Positions 12,301 through 25,600 of a stretch of 64,000 bases of DNA are shown one piece after another (position 1 is the first letter of the stretch; each line of letters begins with the position of its first letter). The DNA is taken from the NCBI GenBank assembly GCA_964187785.1, contig OZ076409.1:70248001-70312000 (forward strand). Reading direction: 5' to 3'. A program made the translations under genes and the position numbers. The DNA is from Amphiscolops sp. MND2022. Taxonomy: Eukaryota. Below the pieces are notes generated by a model. It was not told the DNA's origin. It worked only from the letters and a program-made list of their open reading frames with translations, and searched no databases.

Positions 12301-15300
12301 AACTGTAAAAATTGAACCAGTGGGAAAAAACGGCGAAAAAGGACAGTCTAATCAAATTGTTCTGATACGAAAAAAAAACAACGGAAAGCCAAACTGTAGT
12401 AAAATGCAATTTCAATTATGACTGAACCAGAGAGAGGTCTAAACGGGCAATCACAAAAAACAAGAATTTCGAACCATTCCAGCGTGTAACTTGATTTGAT
12501 AAGAGCTTTAGAACTAAACGCATCCTAGAAAGTTTACTAGGATCAAATAACTGAAGCGTGTGACGAAAGCAGTACCTGATACGCGGCAAAAATGACAACG
12601 CATTATGTTAAGCTCAGCAAAGCATTGGAATTAACTAGTGGGAAATGTATACACAACAAACTGTCAAATACGCTGACTGATTTGGAACGCTGACAATCAA
12701 AATAATGAAAGAAACATACCAACAACTAACTGAGCACAAGACAAACGTTTTAATCAAAACATGTCTAACATTCCATGGTCACTGTCGCTTGAAAACTTTG
12801 TATAAAAACTCTTTCAGCAAATTGTGGATAGATTTCCGAGGAACATCAACAGCCTGGCTGTGAGCGCTTCTTCGACTTTTTAGTACTCAAAGTCTGCATG
12901 TCCGATTTGAATTCGAATTTGAAAGTTTCGATCGATAGTGGCCCCAAGAATTTCACCTTTAAACCGAGGCTGAACGATGGGTAATTGGTTGAAAGTCTCA
13001 CCGGTGTATCCGCTGGCGTTGGGAGTCGAAAATTCGGCTGAAGGTTCATTGTTTCCGATATGCTCCTCGTCGGGATTTCTCCGGTTTTTCTCCGGATCGC
13101 CAGCGACGAAAGAAACCGGTTCCTTCAATAGCACACGAAGAGCCGAGTTGGAACAGCCTTGGGTGTCATCAAACTCATTGGGAAGTGCAGCAATTACTTC
13201 ATCTACAGAGCTGTTGTTAAATGATATCAAAAAATTTTGTTCGAAAGATACAACTTGCTTTCGCTTCTTTGAAGATGTTTTTTTTCGCTTTCTTGATCTC
13301 TGTATGATCACGTGTGACTGATACTTTCTTGAACAGGTTTCCAGCTGGAGCAGTTGAATCATTTCCTTCAGTCGAGTTCAGACTCCGTTGGAAAAAAGAT
13401 ACTATACCACGACTAGTTTGAGGTTTCTCTGAAGCTGCGTTGTTCAATTTTGGAAGATTCAACTTTTGGCAAAGAAGTCTGTTCTCGAGGATTACTAATT
13501 TTCAAAGGATTAAGGTAATTTTTGTGCTCTCGCTGGGTAGCTTCGTTTCGTGAAGAAAACATTCGATGGTCACGGTTGGTGCCATCAACCGATGCTTTGG
13601 CATGAACCATAGCTCTTCCGATGGCTCCCAACAGAAGTTTTTCACCATCATAAAGAAGTAGATTATCTTTGTAATTGTTGGTCTCTATACCAGCTTGTCC
13701 AAACCTCGATTTTTCAGAGAACAGAATATCGTGGGTAGAGTCCATATCATTGATCAGTTGAGACACGATGGAAGCCTGGTCGGTGTGTTTACTTGTCATT
13801 GCAAGACCTGAAATCAGAAAAACTGGCTGTTTTGGATTAACAACTAGCTTGAACGGTTGTCCCCAATATCGAAACATTTTGTCGCCCGTATAGAAAATCG
13901 GAATTCACCGCCTACTGCAAAATGGGTGAATTGTGAAAAGTCAGCAACCGAGTCACTAATTCCAAAAATAGTTGAACTGTAGTCGTTTTTGTGCAACGAG
14001 GAGACGCAGGAAACAGCCTATTTTAGTTTGATATGTGATATTTGTCTCAGTGGTACTAAAAGATGAATACTATGAAGTTAGGAATCAGTTACCAACCCCC
14101 CCCTAAAAAAAATTCGTGAAACACGGGAGAAGAAGAAGAAGAAGATTTATTATTATTATTTGTTGCCCGCAGGCTTACAAATTTAACGAACTAAACATTG
14201 TTTCAGCTGAGGTGTGTAGAAGCATATCATGGACAGTACCTCATAAAACAGAAAGATTTTTCAAGAGCTTTTTAATATTGGTATTCATCAGCTGGTCATA
14301 CTTGATAACATTCGGGAATGATTGATAAAGTCCGGGTAAAACGATCTTACTTCTATTTTCAAACTTTTTACACACAAACAGGAGATGGTACTCATCTGGA
14401 GTTCCTGGCAGCCCACATAGTGTACCTTCTTCTGCCGGAAGTCCTAGATATCGCGTTATTACTTTGGGGTGTGCTGACGAAGCACACCTGAAGTAAACTA
14501 ATCTCCATTTCGCTGGACCCTTCAGTAATTTCAAGTAAATTTCAAGTTCCAATCGATGTTTATACAGTCGGTAGTTGTCACAGAGTCAGTTATTATGTAT
14601 CATAACTTACCACGATTGAAATGCAAGTTCATTGCATCTGTCTTTCACATACTTCTTGAATTCTGCATCAGCGATATAGCCTTAATACATCTCGGCAAAT
14701 GGTATACCACAGTTGATCAAACGGGAATGAAACGTAAACTTGACTATATTGTAAATATCTAGCTGAAGCGATTGATCATAAGGAATAGAGAAAGATTCAG
14801 TTAAAGGTTCAAAAGTGTAACAAATACAAGTAAAGTGACCATTGAGGATCAGTGCATAATGTATAAACCATAAAAAAGAAAGACAAAAGCATTCAATGAA
14901 CAATCATAGCAGTCAGAAATAATCAGTCACAATCAATCCGTTAAGTCAATCGAGTTTCCCTCTCTGGCTTCGGGCAGAAAACAAGGAACGTACCTAAAAA
15001 AGAATTGGAAGCGGAGAATAATAGAAACATCGTCAAAAATTGAAGGGGGTCCTTCGGTGAGAAAAAATATTTGGAAAAATGTCACAATGCCGAAAAAACT
15101 GAAAGGGGGACACTTTATTGGGAAAAATTTTCGAAAAAAAATAGTCGCACGATGCCGAAACAGAAACTGAAAGGGAGGACCCTTTAGTCTCGGCTGGTAA
15201 TGTATGTTAAGCGGAAACAAAGGAAAATTTTTTGATTCAGTTCGCTAGGCCAAATGGTTCAATTTGACACCATAAAATTTAGTAGAACTTGTAGAACTAT

Positions 15301-16424
15301 TTTGGTCACTTCAGGTGTATCGAAAAAAAATAAATTAAAAAACACTGACGAAAAGCCATGACTATAGTCGACTCTTTTCTCTAGAAAAGCGCAGACTAAA
15401 AAGCGGAAATTGTCTCAAAATTTTTTGATTTTTTTCAGAATTTTATGCTTCGGTAAATCGCATCGTGCCGGAAAAACGGTGGCCCTCTATGCTCGCAAAA
15501 CGCTTTGTTTCCGCTAAAATCAAAGGGGCACTTCGATTGAATAAAATACTTCGGGGGGAAAGTCACAGTGCTGAAAAAAACAGGGGGCCCTTTAGTCTAC
15601 CCTCTAGCTTTGCAAGCATAGAAAAATTTTAGGGCAAAGTTTAATGGGAGACTCGAACACACGTTTTTCTGCTTCTCGGACTTCAGAAAATCCGAGTTAA
15701 CCTCTATGCCAAGTGGCAGTTCGATGATACAAGTTACTTTGAACTTTGATTAAAAATTACACCACGATTTGTGGTTAGAGCGCGCAATTCGTAGGCCAGT
15801 GATGTTTAGAATTTGGCCAACACTGATTTTTGAAACGCCGACTTTTGCCAATCCCGGTTTGTTTAGTTTTGGTCGGAATGGTCTTAGAGTTCCAACCATG
15901 CAACGCATGTGAATTCCTTTTGAAGAAAATGGTCATTGAGGGAAAATTATAATCATTGATTTTTCTAACCAATTCATCTAGCAATAATTCAATGTTCCAA
16001 TATTGCGCCATTCCTGACCCCTGTTGACAACATTATCCTTAATTTTGATGAAGAGTTCATAATTTCCTTGATTTGCTGGTTCCATAAATCAGTGACGAAG
16101 AAGCCGCATTTAAAATAAATTGAAACATGATACGTTGTGATTTCTCGATAAATTACTTGGACTGCTGATTATTTTTCAGCGTGGAATAACTTGGCAGTCA
16201 CAAATGTGTATCTTGGCCGCATGAAGGACGCATCTGCAGCCCTGGACAATATCATCAAACAGCAACCTTCCAGACAAAACAGCAATGAATCATTAATTCA
16301 AAACTTGAGTCTCCTCTTCGGTGACGAAACCCCTAAAAGCCTGGGCAAGAAAATTCTCCTCTTAGAGCACGTTGCCCGTGTTAAAGGCGACTCTTTTTCA
16401 ACCAACTGTCTTCGTTTTCCTTGA
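360..16424 (+). CDS. TRAPPC12: Trafficking protein particle complex subunit 12 (TPR protein, TTC15). Exons 360-698, 996-1266, 5384-5637, 6063-6386, 6629-6989, 16180-16424
   Basis: Frame-consistent GT-AG exon chain. Motifs TMPG, NFRAALDLTERLLTSLGQG..HSLRLWHARFTLFAKL and [40 protein letters not shown] match TRAPPC12, followed by TPRs and WNNLAV..YLG. The low-complexity exon 1 is the least certain. Confidence 0.9.
1422..1640 (+). repeat. tRNA-derived (Glu-like) SINE-type head with a 100-bp tandem duplication (1441-1540 / 1541-1640)
   Basis: A-box TGGTCTAGTGG and B-box GGTTCGAACCC, no acceptor stem; near-identical second copy 100 bp downstream. Confidence 0.6.
1885..2694. repeat. Tandem duplication, about 407 bp x2
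   Basis: AAGTTGCATGTAGAAGGGGTGCGAAAC starts at both 1885 and 2292; the copies align with scattered substitutions. Confidence 0.9.
2820..4223 (+). mobile_element. Helentron (Helitron2) RepHel 3' fragment: Pif1 helicase C-terminus plus AP-like endonuclease; two introns (3112-3257, 3407-3529) and a frameshift near 3633
   Basis: RIQFPVVPASAITIHKSQG|DT and YTALSRVRKLENL are Pif1 motifs; NVQS, CETWL, GDFNVN, TTKEHTLLDHVY and SFHEPI are EEP endonuclease motifs. The Pif1-endonuclease fusion is characteristic of Helentrons. Confidence 0.85.
5211..5358. mobile_element. MITE with imperfect TIRs and a long TSD (Mutator/Foldback-like)
   Basis: Ends GAATAACGTCTAAG ... CTTAGACGTTATTC; direct repeat TAAAACATGCTG at 5199-5210 and 5359-5370. 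Confidence 0.7.
8782..9280 (-). mobile_element. HINE/DINE-1-like non-autonomous element inserted into the Helitron Rep ORF
   Basis: Minus-strand 5' TTTTTAGTCGGCGC ... 3' GGCGCCGACTTGGGCCGTTCCCGGCTTG; interrupts Rep between ...EAKLQ and AIDGTLFEEF. Confidence 0.75.
10700..11060 (-). repeat. Coding tandem repeat (about 36-39 bp; KRRYKECLAE-type peptide units) in the Helitron N-terminal region
   Basis: About 7 degenerate units of plus-strand TCAGC(T/C)AAACA...CGACGTTTC; ORF 10706-10990. Confidence 0.7.
11694..12295 (-). pseudogene. AMSH/STAMBP-like JAMM (MPN) metalloprotease domain remnant
   Basis: SRKFFELFLRLSSVTVDQDEKHVKLLAFLLGTQSNTCEIIANIFLPTQSASSCHV (~12105-12295) followed by VLGWIDTHVRGTPVGFSSVDCHTQY parallels AMSH ...ETCGILCG...ITHVLIPKQ...LGWIHTHP...SSVDLHTH. 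Confidence 0.65.
14128..14800 (-). mobile_element. Non-LTR retrotransposon (LINE) 3' fragment
   Basis: C-terminal FRCASSAHPK...LCG..DEYHLLFVCKKFENR (post-RT Cys/His region); 3' tail (AAT)n(CTT)n on the minus strand at 14128-14160. Confidence 0.7.
14990..15401 (-). mobile_element. HINE-like family copy (5' part)
   Basis: Family terminus CTATAGTCGACTCTTTTCTCTAGAAAAGCGCAGACTAAAAA plus internal GAAAGGGGG..CCTTT subrepeats. Confidence 0.6.
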
Positions 16425-16667
16425 TGCTGTTTCATTTTCAGTCTATATTTTGAAATTTAATTCAATATGGTGCTGAGTTTATATTAATTTTTCAAATTAT
16501 TCATATTGTTGAAATTTAGTATCTGAAAAGAAAAACACTCTGAAGCTGCATTTTGATGGGTCTTCTCTGAAAAGTTGTATTGAGACTTAAGTTGAGATTT
16601 CACATTTGTATTTAAGATTTGTTTTTGATGCCAAATCGGGACTCAACTTTCTGTAACTTTTTGTGTG

Positions 16668-19600
16668 ATGGAAGATTTTTTGAAGAATCATCCGTTTCCT
16701 GACCTAACGAGTTTCCTCCCGAGTGAGGAAGAAGTAAACCGATCGGAAGTTGCTAACTGGGCGCGAAGAACTCCAATTAATACGTCATCTATTCTACCTC
16801 CTGTTGATTTGAATGAAGTGTTTGAAAATGTGGTCGAGAAACGAATCGATTCGTCACAGATGTTCAACTATCAGTTTGATTTTGACGAGAATACAGGACA
16901 CATCAAGGGCGTGGATGTGAAAATCAATACATGTGAGAATACGAAGTGTTTCGAGGACTCGAGTCAGGATTTGTTCACTGTAGATGACAAGTTTGTGAAA
17001 GAAAAGTTGCCGTTTCTAGACGATCTTGAAACGTTTGAAGAGTTTGAGTGTCAGGTGGATGACTTGCCACTTCCTCAAGGGGAGCTGGAGTCATTTGTAC
17101 TGAAGGAGTTGCCAATAAAACGGGAAGATCAACAACAGAATGATGACGCTGGTGACACTTCAAGCACCAAAAGTGCCACGACTAAGCCACCGAAGACTCC
17201 ATTGCCTGGATTCACTCCAGCTATAAAAGAGATCAGTGAGTTTTGTCAAAATTTTCCACAGACTTTGAAGAAAACGTGAATAACTGACTATATTAACATG
17301 GATATAGAAGACGCCTCGTAGGAATATACCAAAATATTTGGTGCCACTTCATACTTTCCACATAATACACACGTAATGTATTTTATCAGTGGTAGGTGAT
17401 CAGAAAAGCATGTCTTCTGCAGTTGCCACTACTTTCAGCACGAAGTGACGTAATTTTTATTATTTCTGCGATAGCAGGAATATTATTGAAATCTGAATTA
17501 TTGAACTTTTTTCAGTTCAATTTTTGTCGTGATAAGGAGTGTCTACTGAAAAATTCAGAGATTTTGTTCGGCAGTTAGTATAAGCGCGAGATTTAAATTT
17601 CTCAAGCTGCCGACAACAATTCTTTTCTCGTGCGATGATGGAAAAAGCGAGTGGTAATTATGCTTTCGTACGCCGAGTTATTGAGATAAAATGAACGAGT
17701 GTTAATTATTCGTTCGCCGAGAGCTTCACCTGCATTCAAATGCGAATGCGAAACTTCGTCTACTCTTAGTAGTTATCTTTTCTTTACTCCCAGAAGAATT
17801 AAAGGTGGTGTAAACTGGTAGAGTGATTAATTGTGCGCTATATAAATGATTAAGATATGCTTCTATTATTGAACATGAAAGCCTAAAATCAGAAATGATA
17901 CTGTGCCCCACAGGGGCCTATTTTGTGAATCTAGGTTTTTGCTGACCTCAAATTTTCATTTTGTAGAGCAAGAATTCGAGTTTGCGAAGTTATTGAAACC
18001 CACCGAGACTTACGAGCCAAAAGAGAAGATAATCAAGTACCCCTTCAACCTGGATTTCTTTCAACGTGCGGCTATTGTCTGCTTGGAGAACCGAGAGCAT
18101 GTGTTCGTGGCTGCGCACACTTCGGCCGGCAAAACTGTAGTCGCTGAGTGGGCAATAATGTTGGCTGTGAGCAATCTGCGCAAAGCTATCTACACTTCAC
18201 CTATAAAAGTTAGGGAAAAGTCACAAAGTTGCATCTGTATCATGAGTGCCTGCAAATCAAAGTTTCCAATCATTTCCAATCTTCTTGTGGTTTTTCAGCA
18301 GATCATACTGGTTTGGGTACATTGTTTGAAATAATTGAAAGTAGTAGAAAACTCAAATGATCATTGAAGTTTTTTGGAAATTAAAAAAAATTACTGTGGA
18401 AAATTTGACGGCAAATAGTTTGAATGTCATGATGTTTGTAGGCTTTGTCCAACCAAAAGTTCAACGACTTCAAGAAAACCTTTGTTGGGCGACCGGATTA
18501 CCCTGACTTCAGTGTAGGCATCCTCACGGGCGACGTGCAGATCAACGGGGACGCGTCTTGTCTGATCATGACGACAGAGATCTTGAGGTCCATGTTGTAT
18601 CTCAACTCGAGTGTCATCTCGGAAGTGGATTTTGTCATTTTCGATGAGGTTCATTACATCAGCGACGAAGAACGGGGAGTTGTGTGGGAGGAAACGCTCA
18701 TCATGCTGCCGCCCTCTGTCACTATTGTCATGCTCAGTGCCACTGTTGGTTAGCTCTCATTGGTTGTGAGTTCTAATGTACTGACTTGCTGCTGCTCGAA
18801 CTAACCAGACAGTTCATTCTTAAATTAGTTTTGTGAAAAGTTATTGAACGTAAGGTGCTATGATTTGAGCTAAAAGCGTGATCACTCTAAAAGCCCTGAA
18901 ACTCGTTAAAAATGAGCCAAATAAAGGTTTTTTGAAATTTCAGGTAGATTAAAATGCTTATTGCTTGAAACCAATGTCGCCAATATAACACGGTTATGAA
19001 AATTTTGTTATGAAATAAAACGCAACTATTATACTGGCGTTTTGTCGTTTTTTTTTCAACCCGCTCGAAGTGACCAACAAAGATCTACTAATATCTACAA
19101 TGTGCCTAAGATCCAAAGAGGGCCAAAATGCTTCAAAGGGTCCTCATTTTGTTGCTTTTTTTTAGAAATAAAAAGCTTATGTGGCTTTTTTGCCCTGTGC
19201 TACTTTATGGAACTTTTTCTAGACATTTAATTGCTTTTGATGTTTTGAGACAGAAAAAAAAAACTTAAGCCCAAATGGCCCTCCTTAGATGAATGTCTGA
19301 GACTTTTGCTGTAACAAAGTGGTTTCTGAGCAGTTTAGATTGAGAGCTCACTTAGATTTTTTTTCTGTATTTGTCACAAACCTGTTGATGAATCAAATTA
19401 AGTCAACTATTTATGACATTTGCATTATACTTTTTTGTGTCATAGAGTTGGTATTCGCCAATTGTTTGTGTTTTTGCGCACTTTTATTGATTTTTTTCTT
19501 TTGTAGGAAATGCGATGCAGTTTGCCAACTGGCTGGGAGGAATCAAGAAGCGACTAGTGAATGTAGTTTTCACTGCTGAACGTCCTGTTCCCCTCACTCA

Positions 19601-22600
19601 CTACCTATACACTGGGTTCAAACTAAAAAACAAGAAAGAAATTGAGTTGGTTCCTTTCATGAATGCCGCTTCCAAGGTCGATGAATTCAGTGTCCGCTCA
19701 GCTGATGCGAGTGTCAAGGCCAATCGAGACAGTGGTCTTTCCAAGTTTGCGAAAATGTTCAACTTGCTCTTCAAACTGAAGAAGGACAATCTTCTGCCAG
19801 TGATAGTCTTCGTCTTTTCCAAAAAGCAAATCGAAGAGATGGCGTGTAAGATGAAGGGAGATTTTGTGGCCGACAAGCATGAATCATGGCACATCAAAAC
19901 GTTCATAAGATCCAAGCTGAAAACTGTGAAAGCCGATTACGTGGAACACAGTCGTCAGGTGAATCAGCTCGAGCCTTTGCTTATCCGTGGTATCGGTAAG
20001 TTAGATGTAATCTTCAAAGTTAACAACTATACTGTGTATTCTTTTCTCAAGCAGAAGTTTGGAACAGTTGTAATTTTATGATTAGCTTTAGGCCCTTTAG
20101 TGATTGAAATTATCCTACTTTCTCTGAATTTTGACCCTCATGCGCTCATTAGAGAAAAAAATTAAGATCATTTTCTGTTTTGTTCTCAGGTGTTCATCAT
20201 AGTGGCATCTTGCCGATTTTGAAGGAGATAGTGGAACTGCTGTTTGCTAATGGCTTTGTCAAAGTGCTCCTCGCTACGGAAACTTTCGCGATGGGAGTAA
20301 ACATGCCTGCAAAGTCAGTAGTCTTCTCTTCAGTGCAGAAGTACGGCAACTTGGACGATGGTGTCAAACTGGGCCGAAGGTTAACATTTTGATACTTTTA
20401 GCCAAATATCAGTCAAAATTTTGTTATCGATAATCGTTGTACAATCTAAACATGCATAATTTGACTTAAATTTGATTGATAATCTTTTCTCAATTTTGCT
20501 TGCCGCGCTTGTGAAGAAAGTTGGATGAATTTGTAGAATTTATTCACACTTGTTCACATTTATTCATCATATCACTCTTTTGTTAATAAAAGTTGAAAGA
20601 CAGTCAGCTTTGTCAGCTCAGCCAGCTTTGTTTGTTTAGTAAACAAACAAATTCTCAAGTACCTTTCAAGGATCGTAGCATCATTTTGGTGGCCATTGAG
20701 AGGCATACACTGCTCTAACTCATAAAGATGACAGATATTGCTCGTCAATACAGACTTCAAAAACGTCATTTGCAACAGCAAATGAAAGAATGGAACGACA
20801 TGAAAACAGATTCAACTACAGTGCATTCACTCAAGGAACTACAAATTCGTTCAGACTTGTTAATTCGTCTGCAAAAGGAACAAAGAACTAAGTGAAAAAT
20901 TGTTGAATCTACTGAAGAAAACTACGATGCCGTTGGCGATGAAATGTTCACATTGGATTGTGACGTACAGCGAATAATAACAGAAATCAATTGGGAATAT
21001 AATCAACTAAGTTCAGCTAACCAATCGAATGTTGTGACAAGCAGTACTCATCCAACTTCAACAATCAACACAGAGAATTCCGTTGCTAAATTACCACAAA
21101 TTGAATTACCTAAATTCAATGGCAATTATTCTGATTGGCTCGCCTTTTACGATCAATTCAGCAGCTCTGTTGATAAAAATCCAAAGTTATCAAACGTTCA
21201 GAAATTGATTTATGTTAAACGTTGTTTAACTGGACCAGCTGAGCGATTAATAAAAAATCTTGAAACAACAGAAGCTAATTATGACAACGCAGTCAAAATA
21301 TTGACTTATCGAAATCAAAACGAATTATTGTTCGTAATTTGCTAACTCGAATTATTGAATTCCGACCTGTACGAACAGAAAATGCTTTCCAATTACGATT
21401 ACTTCATAACACTTTCCACGAAACAGCTCTTGCCTTAGAGTCAATGAATCAACTGGTCGACAACATCATGTGGTATCAATTGGTGTTCTCCAAAATGGAT
21501 CCTGAATCACAGAAGGCATGGGAACTAGCAAATCCTGGAACGAAGTGTCTGGAATACACAAACTTGATGAAATTCCTGGACTTGAGAACCCGCTCCATGG
21601 AAACTTGTCAACCAAAGGAGAATCCAATGAAGATGAAGGAAACCAAGCAACTATTCACAACTGAAACAGAGAGCTTCAACACAGCACTGTCCCGTTCCAA
21701 CTTGCAAAGCTAAGCATGCTATTTGGAAATGCCCCGTATTTCAAGCTCAATCACCTACTGAACGGAAAGAAACTGTCATACAAGGTAAACTTTGCTTCAA
21801 TTGTCTCAGATCAGGCCATGTCCTAGCAAAATGCACGACTTGTCAGTCCAAGCATCATTCCTTTTTGCATGAGAGTAGCAGCAAACCAGTCAATAATTCT
21901 GCCGAAATTCATAGTACGTTAGCTATCGAATCAAATCATGAAAAGTCAGGAAAAATCTCACTTTTACCAACTGCTCAAGTCGAAGTTCTAGATAAAAGAG
22001 GTAATAAGGTGAAACTTAGAGCTCTTCTAGATACTTGTGCTCACATTAGCGCCATTACAACAACTGCTTGTAAAAAGTTAGGCCTGCAAGTTGAAAATTC
22101 CGATGAAAGAATTATCGGAGTGAATCAGACATCTTCGCAACCAGTGGAAGGAAACGTCAAAATTTCTGTTAAACCTAAGCATGGAAAAGTGTTCAACATA
22201 AAATGTGTCGTGTTGAATAATATAACAAAAAGTGAGAATCCGAAATGCAAAATTGCCAATGAAGATGTTGAGCATGCCAAACACTTATGATTTAGCAGAC
22301 CCGACTTTTGATTCTCCAGGTCACGTTGATCTATTACTTGGAATCACTGTATACACACACATACTTCGAGATAAAGCTATCAAAATAGGCACACTTGCCT
22401 TAGTCGAAACAGCATTAGGCTGGACAGTTTCAGGAATAGCTACTCAAGAATCGCCAAATTTCTATCAGGACTCCTAGAGTATCAGTTTTGTGGAAAATGA
22501 TGACAGTAAGTTTGAGAAATTTTGGAAAAAAGAAGATGTCCCAACTTTCCCGGAATCTAAGATGAATTCAGAGGAAATTTCTTGTTCGCAACACTATGAG

Positions 22601-25600
22601 CAAACCACTACATATGGTCACGATGGTAGAGTCATAGTTCGACTTCCTTTCAAGGAATCTCACTTAACAATTGCATCAAATGGGTCAGATTTGGTGCCCG
22701 ATATTGGACATTCAGCATGAAATGCTCTCAGACAATTTATTCGCAATGAAAATAAACTCAAAAATAATGTTATTGCAAAACAGCAATATCATGAATTTTT
22801 CCAAGAAATGATTGACACAGGTCATATTGAACGCGTTCCACCGGATGAGCAGCATCTGGAACCAGGCAAATACTTCATGATGCCTCATCACGCTGTTTGG
22901 AAAGAATCCACAACCACAAAGTGTCGTGCAGTGTTCAATGCATCGGCTAAAACATCAAATGGTAAAAGTTTGAATGATTGTATCATGGTAGGATCCAAGC
23001 AACAACCAGATTTGATTGAAATTCTGATTAGATTACGCTTTTATCCAGTAGTTTTATCAGGAGATGTAACGAAAATGTACAGACAATTGATTTTGAATGA
23101 ATTGGACAGAAATTTGCATCAGTTATATTGGAGATCAGATCCTAGCGAACCAATAACAAAATGGCAATTAACACGAGTAAATTACGGAGTAGCATCAAGT
23201 TCATATCATGCAATACGGGCCTTGTGTGAATCAGTTGATAAAGCTCCAAATCAAACTTGCAGAGACGCAATTTTGAATTCATTTTATGTCGATGATTTTC
23301 TTGGTGGTGCATCATCCCCTGATGAAGCAGTATCACTTTATAAGGACATAACCACCACATTAGCTAGTCGTGGAATGCCTATTCGCCAATGGGCAAGTAA
23401 TTCAAAACAAGTTATGAATGAAATTCCAGTTGAACTACACGAAATCAAAGATTTTTTACTTCTCAAAGATGACCATAGCATCAAGACTCTTGGTCTCAAT
23501 TGGACACCTCAAACGGACGTTTTCTTTTTTCGTGCATTCGAAAAAACCGATTCAGAGCACTCCACAGCCTTGCCCCATGCTGTCAAGACAGAAAATTCCA
23601 CTAAATTCGATGAAAAACACAAAATTCACGATTTCAGTATTTCAGCACAAGGTGATCCAATGGTCAACTTTCAGGATGAAAATGACCAAGTTAAAATTGG
23701 CGCTGAAGGTCAAAAACGGTTTCGTTCGCATCCCCAGGCTTGCCCCTTGCAAACTGGACAACAGAAAAAGCAAAAATACAAAAAATGTAATTTTTCACCA
23801 ATCACGAAAAAAGGACCTATGGTCAACATTCCCATCACTTTTGACAAAGAAAAAGTGAAATTACACACCCAAACCTTCGATAAACCACACGAAAATGGTT
23901 GCCCCATTGATTTGCGACCAAAACAAGCATCATATAGTGACTTAACACAAAATTATGACACGTCCGAAAATCACTCCGATGGTCATCTTCGCACTAACTT
24001 TTCTAACACAAATCAGCAAAATATCGTTGCAAACGATACCCCCACCGCTTCTCCACTTGTGCCCCATGCAAAAACGTCAAAAATAACACGCAGGATCATT
24101 TCCAGTTCCCTTGGAAAGGTCTTTGATCCTCTAGGTTTGGTCACACCATAACATTACTTCCGAAAATTTTATTTCAAAAAACATGGGATGGTACTTTAAA
24201 TTGGGATGATGACGTTGGGGCAACTATAACGAGTCAGTTTTTGTACTGGATGGAATTTATTCGTAGACGCTTCTGAAAAGGCCTACGGAGCAGCCATATA
24301 TGCCCCATCAATTTGGGACTCTACCAGGGGTGGTGGCTTGCTCATAGCAAAAAGTAGACTGGCTCCAAAACGCTCAGTTAGTCTCCCCAGATTAGAATTA
24401 TGTGCAATGGTTCTTGGTGTCAAACTCGTTGAATACGTACTTCAATCACTAGAACGTTTCAATTTGAACATAAGCATTTCAGCATGGAGTGATTCCACCG
24501 TAGCGTTAGCTTGGATACAATCCACACCTAGCAGATTCCAGATATTTATAGCAAATCGAATAGCAAAAGTTCAAAGAGCTTTTCCAGTTGAGAACTGGAA
24601 ATATGTACCTACTTCCGAAAACCCAGCAGACTATTGTACTCGTCCAGTAAGTCCCAATGATCTTTTGTCATTGGACATCTGGTGGCATGGACCCAATTGG
24701 ATCCATGGAGAACCAGTCACACTACCAAAACAACCTCAAATTCTAGAGAATACAGAGTTTCAAAGAGAGATCCGTAAGAAGGAAATTTTAGCCTTAGATT
24801 GTTCGGGCACACCTGCTCGTCAGACCGGGGGGACCCGACCGCGTTCGCTGACACTAGTACTGAAAAAGAAATTGTCAAAGTTGGCCACATGCTCCCTATA
24901 GAAAGATGGGGAACTTTCGAAAAAGCTATCAAAATTACAAAGTTAGTGATAAAATTCATCCACAAGATTCGTAAACAAGTAATAGAGGAAGTAGAATACC
25001 GTAAAATAGCTTTGAATCACCTAATCAGACAAGTGCAACACAGTTATTATAGCCAAGAAATCAAAGACCTCGAAAATAGGCAGTCAGTTGCAAAGGAATC
25101 AAAAATAGTTCAATTATATACTTTCTTAGATGGAAACAAACTTCTGAAGGTTGGCGGAAGGCTACTAGCAGCTGATTGTCTCGCTCAAGAAACAAGTTTT
25201 CCAGTCATAATACCAGGACAAAGTTATTTAGCCAAACTCATCGTACTTGATAGTCACCACAAATTAGCACATTGTGGAACAAATGCAATTAGAGCTAACA
25301 CGAGACAATTCTTTAGGATCACGAAAGTAAGAGCATTAGCACGAAAAACCGTAGCAACTTGTATTAAATGCAATAGATTTAATAGCAGGAACATGCAGCA
25401 ATTAACGGGTGATTTTCCCAGTGAAAGAGTTAATCCATCGCCTCCATTTTCTCCTGTTGGTATAGACTTTGCAGGCCCATTCTTTTATGAACAAAGCACA
25501 ACACGATCGAAATGTTATATTGTAGTTTTCGTTTGCTTCACTACTAAAGCTGTACACTTAGACATAGCGAAATCATTAGACACGCAGGAGTGCATGAAAG

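Larger units (their letters stand above)
7945..13900 (-). mobile_element. Degenerate Helitron/Helentron: Rep (HUH) domain, Helitron N-terminal region, peptide repeats, Zn-finger-like and JAMM-like segments; helicase part absent
   Basis: Minus-strand motifs EMQLRGMVHVHG (HUH, ~8510-8550), HHTKSC..CRFNYP, WDANIDIQFCCDTYAIITY, YWKVARSDIFAKVKQLGPFHIFFTLS, FEAKAFPSYFP and DRVINVP; many frameshifts. The 5' boundary is approximate. Confidence 0.8.

Noticed and set aside
2820..13900. The two Helitron fragments as halves of one element
   Set aside because: Opposite strands, different introns, separated by host exons; no evidence they belong to one family
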